From positions 14,446,001 through 14,510,000 of the forward strand of contig CM069157.1 in NCBI GenBank assembly GCA_035221665.1: a DNA stretch of 64,000 bases. The letters run 5' to 3'. Numbering within the stretch: the stretch's first letter is position 1; each line of letters opens with the position of its first letter. Positions 10,334 through 22,708 of the stretch are shown here, piece by piece. Source of the DNA: Okamejei kenojei. Taxonomy: Eukaryota. The notes under the pieces are model-generated. The model saw only the letters and a list, made by a program, of their open reading frames with translations, was not told the DNA's origin and did no database searches. The translations under genes were made by a program, and so were the position numbers.

Positions 10334-10653
10334 ATGACCCCAGGTCACAATGGGATGATTCTGAACCCTAATTTCCCCGAGGATTGGCAGAAGAGAATCC
10401 ACGTCTGGTTCAGCCAGCAGGCCAGAACAATACACAGATGGAATTCACGGCAAACAAAAGCACGTTGTATTGCTCCAGGACCACTTGCTGGCCAACTGCG
10501 AGCAGTTGTTAGGTGTCCTACTGTGAGGTATCATACGTGACAGTGGGATGTGCTGGATGTGTCTTCAACCTGAAGATGTTACAGACAGTAAATAGTGACA
10601 GGAGCATGTCACTTACTATTGGTATTGCAGATTATAGGCATCCCAACAAGTCA
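10334..10653 (+). pseudogene. rpl13: Decayed processed pseudogene fragment of ribosomal protein eL13
   Basis: [31 protein letters not shown]...[25 protein letters not shown] aligns with the RPL13 N-terminus (MAPSRNGM..PHFHKDWQ..WFNQPAR...RCPTVRYHT); after a stop/frameshift it continues FNLKMLQ...TIGIA-DYRHPNKS; no introns. Confidence 0.88.
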
Positions 10654-10810
10654 CAACACTCCAAATGCAGCCTAACCAAACTCCTATAGAGCTGTATCAT
10701 AACATCCTGACCCTTATATTTAATGCCCCTAACAATGAAGGCAAGTATGTCATACGCCTTCTTAACCACCTTTTTTACTTGTGCAGCCCCCTTCAGTGAG
10801 CTGTGGACTC
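10654..10810 (-). mobile_element. Old CR1 ORF2 fragment
   Basis: Minus strand resembles VVKKAYGILAFI..GIEYK..DVM.QLY..LVR.HLEYC. Confidence 0.7.
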
Positions 10811-11786
10811 ATTACAGAAAGGTACGTTAAAAAAAAAGAAAGTTATCTATGAATAAGAGAGCCTTTTGAAGGGATTCTCAAAAATCTCCTCAGTGCACAC
10901 CACCTTAACGCTGATGGGGGTTAGGTGGAAATCCTATTTATGTACATATACAAGATTCTTTCCAGAGTTTGGTTAGCAGAGAAGGTCAACCATGAATGTA
11001 CGAAAGCATGCCGGTTTAAAAGGTCGACATCAGAAGATATGATGCCCCTATTAGTCATTTCAAGAGGACTGCATATATAGCAGTCCAGGTCATGGGTTCT
11101 CATCTTCTGGAAATGTCAGGAGTGCCTATGTTGTTTAGGGTTAAGCCACACTGCTAGTTTTGATACTCAATTTAACATAGATGAAAGTGGAGAATCTCCA
11201 TTTCCAAGTAAATAGTTTGTCATCTAGCTCATCTCATCTCCATTTCATTCTGACCACATTCCATGTAAGAAATACTCTACATTGAAAAAACTTCAGCTCT
11301 GTTTACTCTCCCATGCTGGGAAACATGATGTAAATATTTCTCTGACTGTCAGCTTTCAAGAACATTCCAGAAGGGTTAATTAAACATTCTGCTAGATATC
11401 ATTTAATTATTGACTTATTTAATATTCATCTTTACATTTGTTCCATTAGTCATCTAGTTGCATATTCATTTGGGAGTTTTAGTCCATATGAAGTAAATCT
11501 TATATTTGTTCACACGCTGATTTAAAGGGAGATTAGTGGAAAGGTGAAAGGAATATCAGTCAGAAATGGACAGTGATTGGGATAATTATTAGATCTAGCT
11601 TTGAGATATTGTTGTACTGGGGAGCTGAAATCAACGTTTCATGACATCTTTCACCATTGAAGGGGGGGTCCAGTTAGCCCACCTTGCCCATTCCCCCAGT
11701 TTGAGAACTAGCTACACTGTCCTTGATCCCTGTTTAAGCAAACAATGCAAGTAACTACACATGCTCGGTCTTTTCCCATTTTTCAG

Positions 11787-11942
11787 AGCTTCGGTGGTGC
11801 AGCTTTCTTGAGAAAAATATCAAAACAGATTATGTTTTGCAAGGAAATTATGAACACAATGCCTGAAACATTGGCAGATGTTCTTCATGCAACAGCGAAG
11901 GAATCTCACTCACTTTCACTGACTTCCTTTGGTGGGAAACAG
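11787..11942 (+). other. Candidate exon (unassigned)
   Basis: Strong acceptor ttttcccatttttcAG and possible donor CAG|GTagat; 156 nt open in phase 0, or TASVVQLS* if spliced after the 8474-8658 exon. Confidence 0.28.
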
Positions 11943-11989
11943 GTAGATTTATAGTAACTTTACCTACTCCCTGGACTTTAATACTGAAG

Positions 11990-12101
11990 TCATAAAGTCA
12001 TATAACACAGACACAGGCTCTTCAACCCACTGAGACAACACTGACCATCAAGTAGTCACCTTTATAACAACCTATTTTATACCCCCCACATTCTCACCAA
12101 C

Positions 12102-12132
<31 letters not shown>

Positions 12133-12355
12133 ACACCCAATTCCACCACTGATGTAATCATCAATGGGCAATTCACAGTAACCCAATCAACCTACCTGTC
12201 TGCATATTTTTGGCATGTGGGAGGAAACCGAAGGACCCAACGGAAACGTGCATGATCACAGGGGGACGTGCAATCACCCCAGAGACAGCGCCAGATGTTA
12301 GGATTAAATCCATGTCAATGGAACTATGAGGCAGCAGCATTACCAGTGCACCACA
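11990..12355 (-). mobile_element. Older tRNA-SINE (HE1-related) containing a poly-C run
   Basis: tgtgggaggaaaccgaaggacccaacggaaac...acagcgccagatgttaggattaaatc V-domain/head motifs. Confidence 0.7.
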
Positions 12356-13217
12356 CTACAGCAATCTACACCCTACACACCAACAGACACCCCCCCCCAG
12401 TATAAATCGAATGCACACATTGTGGAGGGGCAGTCATTTTCAGTGAGATGCTGTTAGAGCGCAACTAGAGAACCAGAGCAGGTCAGACATTAACCGTCGG
12501 ATATCCTCGTCTATGTTTGTTCCCGTGATGACTGAAACTGCTGTAACCTTGGCAACCTTGAGTGTTGACAACCTCACTATTGCTCTTACCACAATCCAGC
12601 TCAGTATCTCTATATAAATCAGAAAGCAAGAGACAAAGACAATATCTGGGTTTGCTTCTGCCCCTGGTATTGAAATTACATTTTCTTTAACCGTTGCTCA
12701 TCTATGCAGACAATTATTTGAATTAGTGTGAAGCTACTCAAGTCCTACTTGTATTGCCCTTGGCACAACCAAATAAGAGAGAATAAAATTGGGGAAAATT
12801 CATCAGTTGGTCACTATCCAATGACTCCTGGTTGAAGTCTACATGAGGGGATCTCATCATAGAGTCGTAGAATCACAGTAACAGTCCCTTCAGCCCAACT
12901 TCCCATTCTAATCAGGATGCCCCACCTCCACTAGTCCTACCAACCTGCATTTGGCCCACGTCCCACCAAACCTTTCCTATCATAGAGAAAGGCTTGTCCT
13001 TGAAAGAAAATGGCCAGAACCTCAAAATAAGTCTTGTCAAGCTTGTCCTTTCACTTGACCCTTCCCAAAAGCATGAACATTTCTATCTCCATTTACCAAC
13101 CATTTACATTTTCATGCTCATGTTATTCAGATCAAAGAATAGTAAAGAAAAATCAAGTCAAGTTGAGTTCATTGTCATTCTGTCATTGGCAGATGAATGG
13201 TGAAGTAAAGGTACAGT

Positions 13218-13500
13218 GACCAGTTGTTATCAGGCAACTGAACCATCCGACCACAACTCGAAAGCAGTCCTGAACTACTATTTACCTCATTGGAGACCCT
13301 CGGACTATCTTTGATAGGATGTTACAGGCTTTATCTTGCACTAAACTTTATTTATTATTCCCTTTATCATGTATCTATACACCATGGACAGCTCGATTGT
13401 AATCATGCATTGTCTTTCCGCTGACTAGTTAGCACGCAACAAAGGTTTTTCACTGTACTTCGGTACGCATGAAAATAAACAAAACAAAACTCAACTCAAT
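13218..13500 (+). mobile_element. Rex1/Babar-type LINE 3' UTR fragment
   Basis: Matches 35570-35800 (ttatcaggcaactgaac...cacgcaacaaaggtttttcactgtacttcggtac...aataaac). Confidence 0.75.
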
Positions 13501-14537
13501 TGATTTGCACTTGGTGCCATCAGAAAGCATTGAATGAGTGAAGGGTGGTGGCCCTGTTCAATGTATTCTGTCCACAGTGTTCAATCTGCTTTAGTCGGGA
13601 GAGAAAAAGTTGCCGCACATTACGCAATGTTGAATCTAAGCACTGCCATTTCAACCTGTCTGGTTTACTGAGCTCAATATTATTTATCCAAGGTGGTCAG
13701 TCAAAGTCAAGTTTAGATCCCTTACTGTCAGTGATATGCAGCTAGTGCCTGTACAAGGGTGACCAGTGACATTTGGTTCCGGTCAGCAGAAGAGCAGGAA
13801 TAGGTTATCTTTGTTCATTAACGGTCACAGTGGCAACAAAGACACTGTCGCCAACAGCTTAGTTTGAAAAACAAAATGCTGTGGAACCGTCATTTCACCG
13901 AATCATTGTGAATGACTCACATTGGTTCAGAGGCACATTGTGGCCTTTACATTGAAACTAAAGATGATAAATCCCACCCTTCATTTTACCATCTCTGCAA
14001 TAGTTCTCACAGATCTCCAAAAGTAAACCTAGAAACCCGTAGAACAGTCTTTCATTTACAATTACAGGTTTAATCACGGCTTCATTGAAAATCACTGCCT
14101 GGAAGTGATGAAAAAAAGGGATCTTTTTCTGTATTTCACAGAGCGTACAACTATTTTGCTCTGTGTTTATCCATAAAATCTGAGGTTCATTCCTAACTAA
14201 ACCCTTTTAAAAGGCGTTAATTGCCTTGTAATTAACAAAGGAATTTAATAAAATGCAATGGATGAAAGGCCAGAGACACACAAAACTGGCAAATCGTCAG
14301 CAAATACCATCTGTTTTATGGTGCCAAGAGTTGGGAATGAGAAGTTGGTCTTTGATCAAATGATGGTGGTAAAGTCACTATGCTCAGGATAAATTATGGA
14401 AAGGGAATCAATAGAGACACATTAGAAGGCAGGGCTACTCTGCAGGAACATTATAAGAAAGCAGAGAGACAAAGTGTCATGCACATAATTGCCGAAATGT
14501 CTTCTTCATCTTGGAAAGTCCTTTGTACTTTCTCCAG

Positions 14538-15045
14538 GATGTCCTTTCAACAACAACAAGATCACCCTGGAGAAAGTACAACGCCGAGCAGCCCACTTTG
14601 TATGTAATGACTACAAGCGCGAATCAAGCCTGAATAATATGCTGACTTCTCTCGGATGGGATACACTAGAGCTCCGCAGAATCAGGCTATTAAGACTTTT
14701 TGCAATTTACAAGGAGATTCACAAAATCACGCCATCAAATCTCCCGTCATCCCAGAGCACCAACTGCCATGAAACAAGACAAAATAACGGTCCCTAAATC
14801 ATCAACTCACTAAATTTCAATAAATGTTACTACCAACATTCCCTTTACCCAAGGACAATAAGCTAATGGAATATGTTGCCACCCAACACACGTGCTGCTC
14901 CCGATGTTAAGTCATTTAAAAAGGGGATTGAGCAACTAGCTCTCCTCAACTTGGTCAAAAAGGCCCACTTCAAAATGTAATCACTACTCTACTCACTCCG
15001 ACCTGCGCGAGATAACAACTGATGAGGTGTTTGCACAGTAAACCC
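14538..15045 (+). mobile_element. 3' fragment of a CR1/L2-group LINE of a lineage distinct from the resident vertebrate CR1
   Basis: LEKVQRRAAHFVCNDYKRESSLNNMLTSLGWDTLELRR and YYQHSLYPRTI..WNMLP; 3' hairpin ctgcgcga...ttgcacag. Confidence 0.7.
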
Positions 15046-15386
15046 TGCTATTTCCGGCAGATTATTTATGTCTTCCTTAGTGAAGACAGAACCAAAATAG
15101 TTATTCAATTGGTCTGCCATGTTCCCATGATCAATTCACCTGTTTCTGACTGCAAGGGACCTACATTTGTTTTAACTAATCTTTTTCTCTTCACATATCT
15201 ATAAAAACATTTGCAGTCAGTTTTTATGTTCCCTGCCAGTTTTCTTTCATAATCTATTTTCCCTTTCCTAATTAAGCCCTTTGTCCTCCTCTGCTGAACT
15301 CTGAATTTCTCCCAGTCCTCTGGTAGGCTGCTTTTTCTGCCTAATTTGTATGCTTCATCTTTTGTTTTTATACTATCCCTGATATT
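15046..15386 (-). mobile_element. CR1 ORF2 fragment (EN-RT linker)
   Basis: Minus strand NIKTDCKCFYRYVKRKRLVKTNVGPL...ADQLNNYFGSVFTKEDINNLPEI. Confidence 0.88.
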
Positions 15387-15496
15387 TTATACTATCCCTA
15401 TAAAATGTTGCTGCATTTCTCTTTGAGTTGACATGAGGTGCAGATCATGAGCATCCTGTATGTAGATGGGCAGAATACAGTCTGCAGTTAAGGAGC

Positions 15497-15586
15497 TGGA
15501 CACAAGCAGCTGGAGTAACTCAGCGGGACAGGCAGCATCTCTGGAAAAAAAAGAATGGGTGACGTTTTTTGTCGAGACCCTTCTAC
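15497..15586 (-). mobile_element. Penelope pLTR tail insertion
   Basis: gctggagtaactcagcgggacaggcagcatctctgg...gggtgacgttttttgtcgagacccttc. Confidence 0.8.
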
Positions 15587-17399
15587 TCTTTGGCCATTGG
15601 GAGGAGGCAATTGAAAAAGATTCTGGTGATGATCTCCCATGACAGACAGTAAGGAGACCTCTCTGTAGTTTCCACAATCAGATTGGCCTCCAATCCTGAA
15701 GATACCTTCACAATGGCATCTTTACATCCTTTGACATGTTTCCCTTTACCCAGACATGGTTATGAATTGTCACTGAAGTTCCACTCCACTAAATTTAAGG
15801 GTTTCACCAGGGATACCAATCTGCTCCCAAAGCAATGGTATTTTTCAGTTGGTATGTGGCCTTTCCATCTTATCGTTGATCTGAGGTAGTGGTGGTGTTG
15901 AACTGGATAGTTTTCTGTGGGCTGAAGTCAACGAAGATCATCTCAAGGACAGCGTCACAGTTGAGATCATGAGATCTTCCTTTCAGTGATGCTGTTGGCC
16001 TCTCTGTCTCTGATAATCTCTCTCCATTCTTGATTACTATGTAATGGGAATTTGGATGTTTGGCTCATTATTAAAGTTCTAAATAAGACATATATTTCAT
16101 GATCCAAGTGTTGCTGGACCTCCTGTATTCTTTACACCCACCTTTTTATTAGGCCATGCATTCTGTTACACTTTAGCTTTTAAGTTCCTTTTGCACTTTT
16201 CTATTTTAAAACAAGGAGGAGTTTCAAATCTAAGAATGTCTTATAATGTATAGTTCATTAGCTCCTGAATCTTCTGGTGATTCTTATCATGGTAATTTGG
16301 GGTAGAGAAGCCAAGGATTCTGTTCTCAGGTGCCATTTATGGTGGACCTTAGGGTAGCCACGCTCTACTGTCTGAGGATTGTCAAGATATATCTGGGGTA
16401 CTGACTATTCTTTATGCGGTCCAACATTGATGGAAAGCCATTAAGGTTGCAGAAAACACGCTGAAATTGTGGGTTTTTTTTAAACAGTTTAATTGTTCTG
16501 CTTTGCCCCATGGCAATTATGAATCAACATGAGCACCCAGCCGATCGTTGGTATGATGTGGTTAGTTTGGGCTATGTCCTAATTTTAGTGTCTCCCTACA
16601 ATGCTATAATTACAAACTTCTAAGTAATGTGGATAGATCTTGTTATTCTTTTGAAAATCAAATCATATCGCATTTGATTTTGTGGGATTTTCACAGGTAT
16701 TAGATTGGCTGAAGGATCATTAATAAATCAATTGTAATATGATAATTATACATTTATAGATCTCTTCGCATCTCCCTGAAAGGTCCCACCTATTTATAAT
16801 TTGCTTTAACCACAGACGAGACAAACAATTAAGTGAACTATTAATTTTAAAAGTTGGCACATCAGTGTTTACCTTTTTTCTGTTTTGGTACCAGTTAGAT
16901 GACAGACATAGAAGCCTTCGGGACACATCATTGCCTCTAAATACTGCCAAATATTCCAATGACAAAAAACAACTGCATACTTGCATCATGCCAAATGTGC
17001 AAAGTCTACAAAATTGCGTCTTCTGCATTTGATAATTGGTACAGATCATATGCAAGCCATAAAGTTAAAGACTCCCTGCTGTATTCAATATCTTGTGGCT
17101 GTTGTCTTTGTGCTGTACTTAGTAAAAATAATCTTCACATTTAATGTAATTCCAATCTACATTGGTTGTGAGTTCACATCTCTTCAAAATCTTCACACCC
17201 ATTTCATGTTTTCATTTCATGGCTTTGTCTTTCCATCCAGTTATCACAATTCTTTTCTTCAATTTTATCTAATATTCCACAAAAATAGACCATTAATTCC
17301 ATTTGGGTCTATACCAGCTGACAAGGGAGCTACCCGATTAGTTTTGTTGTCCCTCTCCTCATGTATCTGCACCCCTGGAATGTATTGATATTCACACTT

Positions 17400-17640
17400 G
17401 CTCATCAATATGCCCACAAACTCCCCATTGATTATTTTTGCCATCTAAGGGGTGGTTTGGAGCAGCCAATTGACCTACTATCATATCTTTGAGATGTGGG
17501 AGAAAACCAGAGCACCCAGAAGAAACCCCAAAGTGTCCCAGAGAAAACATGCAAACTCCAAATAAACAGCACCCGAGATCGGGATTGAGAGCTAGTCTCT
17601 GAAGCTAGGAGTCTGTAGCACTAACGTCACCATGTCACCC
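17400..17640 (-). mobile_element. Older tRNA-SINE (HE1-related)
   Basis: gatgtgggagaaaaccagagcacccagaagaaaccc...gcaaactcca...acagcacccgagatcgggattga. Confidence 0.72.
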
Positions 17641-18159
17641 TTTCTCTTCTCATATTTGCCACGTACATATGCAAACACCTCCTGCAATGCCCTTAATGTG
17701 TGTTGCATATTATGCTTGTGGCATGTATGAATATTTAAGTTGCAACAACCATTGGCTTTTATGGATCTGCATGCTGTTAAAGGTGATTCTAGATAAGTGA
17801 CAATAGAATCTCTTATGACATCTTTTAAAATAATTATGATTGTGCCAAAAATAGTTTTAAAAATTGTTTGCTTCTTTTATTTCTGTTAATTTTTCAGCAA
17901 ATGTTTCAATGATATTGATGCATGTTAATGATATTTCTGGGAAACCCTCGGGTATGTTGAGTGCATTGGTAGTGCAAAGCAAAGTAAATCTATTACAGAA
18001 TAATACCAACTCTTTATTGTGCAGAATGAAATGCCTGTCTTTAAGTTTGCTGTACATTCCCCCATCAAATAATCCTTTAATTGCAAGCGCGGGATTAAAT
18101 AATGCATTTGGGCAGTTCTCTATTTCACACAGAGATAAAAGGAATAGTTATAACTAATC

Positions 18160-19310
18160 TAGGGAGAAGTTGGGCAGCTAGGACTTTATTCCTTGGAGTG
18201 CAGGCAGTGGGGGGGTGATTGTGTAGAGGTGTATAAAATCATGAGGGGGATATATAGGATGAATGCCCAGTCTTTTTCCCAAGGTAGGGGAACCAAGAAC
18301 TAGAGTGCATAGGTTCAAGGTGAGAGGGGAATCATTTAAGAGGAAAATAAAAGATACACAATGCTGGTGCAATTCAGCAGGTCAGGCAGCATTTCTGGGG
18401 AAAATAGCTAGGTGACATTTTCAAGTCAGGACCCTTATGCAGATAGATTGTAGTACAGGATGAGAAAGTGGGAAGAGAGGTGGGAGTGGGACAAAGCCAG
18501 GCAAATTATGTGGACACAGGTTAGGGAGAGGGGGGAGGGTAATGGGCAGATGTTGCACAAAGACCAGAGATGAAAAGGCAAAAGACAAAAGGATTGAAGA
18601 GGCACGAAATGTAAAGCCATAGGGTGGTGGGTATATAGAGCTGCCAGAGAGCAGATGGGACTAACCTGGGTGGGGCATTTTGGGCAAGTTGGGCTGAAGC
18701 ACCTGTAGCTGGAGGACTACCTTGTATTTACACAATGTGTGGTCTGACCCAGAAAGCACAGAGGAAAAGAGATTTACCTAACTATAGATCAGACATTAGC
18801 ATGGATAGATAAGAAGGCATATTTGATACGTCTTCATTCGCCAGAGCCTAGAATAAGAGAGTGAGGAGATTATGCTACAGTCGTTAGTTAAGCTGCAGAT
18901 GGAGTATTGAGTACAGATTTGGTTGCCACATTATAGGAAAGATGTGATTTAGTCTGGATGGTGCAGAGGAAATTCATTGGGATGTTCCCTGGGATGGAGC
19001 ATGTCATCGATGAAGAGAGACTGGATTTGTTTGCAGACGAATGCAGACTTATGAGGTATATAGATAGTACAGGTAAATGAAAAACCCTTTTCCCTAGGCA
19101 GAGGTAACTAAAACCAAAGGTATAGGAAATTTAGTGGGGACTTAAAGAAGAATGTTTTCACCTAGATGAAATCTGGAAAACTCTACTTGAGGGGATGGTA
19201 AAGGCAGATACGCTTAAGTAATATTGTGAAGAACACTTGAGACACCATGGCATAGACAGCAAAGGCTGTGTGCTGGGAATGAGATTGGCATGGATAGGTA
19301 CTTGATAACC
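18160..19310 (+). mobile_element. Cluster of decayed CR1 3' fragments with a minus-strand Penelope tail (~18350-18620)
   Basis: LGQLGLYSLE..RGD.IEVYKIMRG and LEYCVQ.W.PHYRKD-like motifs; pLTR motif ttcagcaggtcaggcagcat. Confidence 0.7.
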
Positions 19311-19631
19311 GGACCAGCCAACCCTTGCTTTTCCTCTCTCACCATCCCTCCCCTTTCCCAGTTCTCCGACCAGTCTTACTGTCTCTGACTACATTTTATC
19401 TCTGTTTGCTTTGTTGTTACCCATTCCCAACTAACAATGATCTATGCTACGTGTTCCCGGATCCACATTCCTTTGTCCTGTTTTCACACCTTACACTTCC
19501 TTATCTATACACTTCTTATCTATGTACCTCCCACTCCCCTGACATCAGTCTGAAGAAGGGTCTCGACCCATTCCTTCTCTCCAGAGATGCATGCTGCCTG
19601 CACTGCTGAGTTACTCCAGCATTTTGTGTCT
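19305..19631 (+). mobile_element. Penelope-like 3' UTR/pLTR fragment
   Basis: Colinear with 22440-22766; cagtctgaagaagggtctcgaccc core with the GAAAC part deleted. Confidence 0.82.
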
Positions 19632-20317
19632 AAGGTGCACCAAAGGTTCTGTTACTGTGTTGTATGACTCTATGACTCCAGTGGTGGGGTACAATGTATC
19701 CTTCTGCCAAAGTCTAATTAACTTAAAGCCAAAGGACCTAACTACATTATGTATTTAGAGTCCGGGACATAATTATTTTCAATTCACTCCAAGTCTAATT
19801 GGAAATGTGAGGCAAGATTTCATGGTGCAAGATTTAAAAATGAATATGGGGAAAGAAGGAATAACGTTTTGTAGCTGGAACATTAAAGGTATTAATGAAC
19901 CAATCAAGAGAGGTAAAGTATTAGCACATTTAAAAGCAATTAAAGCTGATGTGATTTTCATTCAAGAAACACATTTAAAAAAAGATGCCGAGCATAGGCT
20001 GAAAGCTAAATGGATAGATAAAATGTATCATTCTTCTTTTACACACAAATCACGAGGCGTAGCAATATCATTTTGTAAAGGTACTTTATTCAAACATACA
20101 TCAACTATAACTGATAATGATGGCAGATACATCATTGTAATGGGAGAATTAAACGCACAAAAAATGATTCTTGTCAATGTATATGGACCAAACTTTGATA
20201 GTCCACTGTTTTTTAAGAAAATATTTAACAACATCCCGGAAATAGCACAACATAACTTAATAATTGGAGGAGATTTAAATTGTACATTAGATTCCTATTT
20301 AGACAGATCCACAAGGA

Positions 20318-22440
20318 GGTCTCACCTTTGTCCCCCTCCGTCCCCACCTCAATGAGTTCCGCGCCCACCACGACTTGGAGCTCTTCTACCGTCGCCTCCG
20401 CCTCACAGCGTTCTTCCACGGAAAGAAGCCCTCGCCCCCCACTGATGATCCCTTTTCCTGTCTCCCACGTACCGCCTCCACTTGGACCCCCCCTCGTAGC
20501 CTTCCGGCTGTAGAACTATTTATCCAGAACTGCCGTCGGGACATCAACCGCCTCGACTTCTCCACCCCCCTGTCTCACTCCAATCTCTCCAGCCCTGAAC
20601 GTACTGCCATCGACTCACTCCGTAACAACCCAGACTGGGTTATCAAACCCGCCGACAAGGGAGGTGCCGTGGTAGTCTGGCGCGTCGATCTCTACAAAGC
20701 GGAGGCCGCGCGCCAACTCTCGGACACCTCCTCCTACTTACCCCTGGACCATGACCCCACTGACGAACACCAGGCCACCATCTCGAGCACCATAACCGAC
20801 TTCATCAGCTCCGGCTCCCTACCCCCCCGAGCCTCCGACCTCATCGTTTCCCAGCCCCGCACGGCCCGATTTTACCTTCTCCCCAAAATCCACAAACCCG
20901 ACTGCCCTGGCAGACCCATTGTCTCTGCCTGTTCGTGCCCCACCGAACACATTTCCACATACCTTGACGCCATCCTATCCCCCTTTGTTAAATCCCTCCC
21001 CACCTATGTTCAAGACACCTCAGACACTCTCCGTCGGCTCCGTGCATTCCATTCTCCAGGCCCCCATCCTCTCATCTTTACCATGGACGTCCAGTCACTC
21101 TACACCTCCATCCCCCACCAGGACGGTCTCAAAGCCCTCCGGTTCTTCCTCGACCAGAGGAGCAACCCATACCCGTCCACTGACACCCTCCTCCGCCTAG
21201 CAGAGTTGGTCCTCACCCTCAATAACTTCTCTTTTGATTCCTCCCATTTCCTCCAAACACAAGGCGTAGCTATGGGCACACGCATGGGCCCCAGCTACGC
21301 TTGCCTCTTTGTTGGGTACGTCGAACAATCCTTGTTCTCGGCGTAACAGGGCCCCATCCCCAACCTCTACCTCTGTTACATCGACGACTGCTTTGGTGTC
21401 ACCTCCTGCACCCACACACAACTCACTGACTTCATTCATTTCACCACCAACTTTCATCCGGCACTCAAATACACTTGGACCATTTCCGACATTTCCCTAC
21501 CATTCCTTGACCTCACCATCTCTATTGCAGGTGATACGCTCCTGACGACATCCACTACAAACCAACTGACTCCCACAGCTACCTGGACTACTCTTCCTCC
21601 CACCCTGCTTCCTGTAAGGACTCCATCCCCTATTCCCAATTCCTCCGTCTACGCCGCATCTGCTCCCAGGATGAGGTGTTCCACACCAGGTCATCACAAA
21701 TGGCCTCATTCTTCAGAGAACGGGGATTCCCCTCCCCCACTATTGATGAGGCTCGCACCAGGGTCTCCTCCATACCCCACAACACTGCCCTCGCTCCCCA
21801 TTCCCCCACTCGCAAACAGGGCAGAGTCCCCCTGGTCCTCACCTTTCACCCCACCAGCTGGCAAATACAACATATAGTCCTCCGCCAGTTTCGCCACCTC
21901 CAACATGACCCCTCCACCCACCACATCTTCCCATTTCCCCCCCTGTCTGCCTTCCGCAAAGACCGCTCCCTCCGCAACTCCCTTGTCAATTCTTCCCTCC
22001 CCTCCCGCTCTACCCCTTCCCCGGGCACTTTCCCTTGCAACCGCAAGAAATGCAACACTTGTCCCTTCATCTCCCCCCTCCACTCCTTTTAGGGACCCAA
22101 GCAGTCCTTCCAGGTCCGACAGAGGTTCACCTGCACCCCCTCCAACCTCATCTACTGCATCCGCTGCTCCAGATGCCAGATGATCTATATCGGTGAGACC
22201 AAGCGGAGGCTTGGCGATCGCTTCGCCGAACACCTCCGCTCGGTCCAAAATAACCAACCCGACCTCCCGGTGGCTCAGCACTTCAACTCCCCCTCCCATT
22301 CCGCATCCGACCTCTCGGTCCTGGGCCTCCTCCACGGCCAGAGTGTGCAACACCGCAAGCTGGAGGAACAGCACCTCATATTCCGCTTGGGGAGTCTGCA
22401 TCCTTTGGGCTTGAACATTGAATTATCTCAATTCTGTTAA
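20318..22440 (+). pseudogene. PLE polyprotein: RT, Cys linker and GIY-YIG endonuclease (2 stops, 1 frameshift)
   Basis: IKPADKGGAVVV, LPKIHK, GRPIVS, DVQSLYTSIP, QTQGVAMGT, YIDD (~21377), CNRKKCNTC linker, LIYCIRCSRCQMIYIGETKRRLGDRFAEH; stops at 21344 and 22090. Confidence 0.95.
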
Positions 22441-22672
22441 CCCTTGCTGTCTCCTCCCCTTCCCACCTCTCCCTCAGCCCTCGGGCCCTGCCATTCCCTC
22501 TATCTCTATCTCCCTCCCCCACCCCAGTCGCACCAGCTTCTCATTTTCACACCACAAACAGCTTACAATGGCTTGTTCCCTTTATCATCAATACTTTTTT
22601 GCATATCTTTCACTCATTGTTCCTTATCTCTCCACATCACCGTCTATATCTCTCGTTTCCCTGATCCCTGAC

Positions 22673-22708
22673 CAGTCTGAAGAAGGGTCTCGACCCGAAA
22701 CGTCGCCT
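22673..22708 (+). ncRNA. Minimal type I hammerhead ribozyme core in the PLE pLTR
   Basis: CTGAAGA(22677)-A-GGGTC-TC-GACCC-GAAAC-GTC: intact catalytic boxes and palindromic loop-less stem III (ACGT), as described for dimeric PLE hammerheads; stem I is weak in this copy. Confidence 0.65.

Noticed and set aside
19807-21346. Apparent L1 endonuclease-Penelope RT fusion gene
   Set aside because: The two are in different frames, the EN is cut before its SDH motif, the RT has a stop before YIDD, and the TSD shows simple nesting
21706-22401. 231-aa minus-strand ORF
   Set aside because: Antisense shadow of the C-rich Penelope coding region
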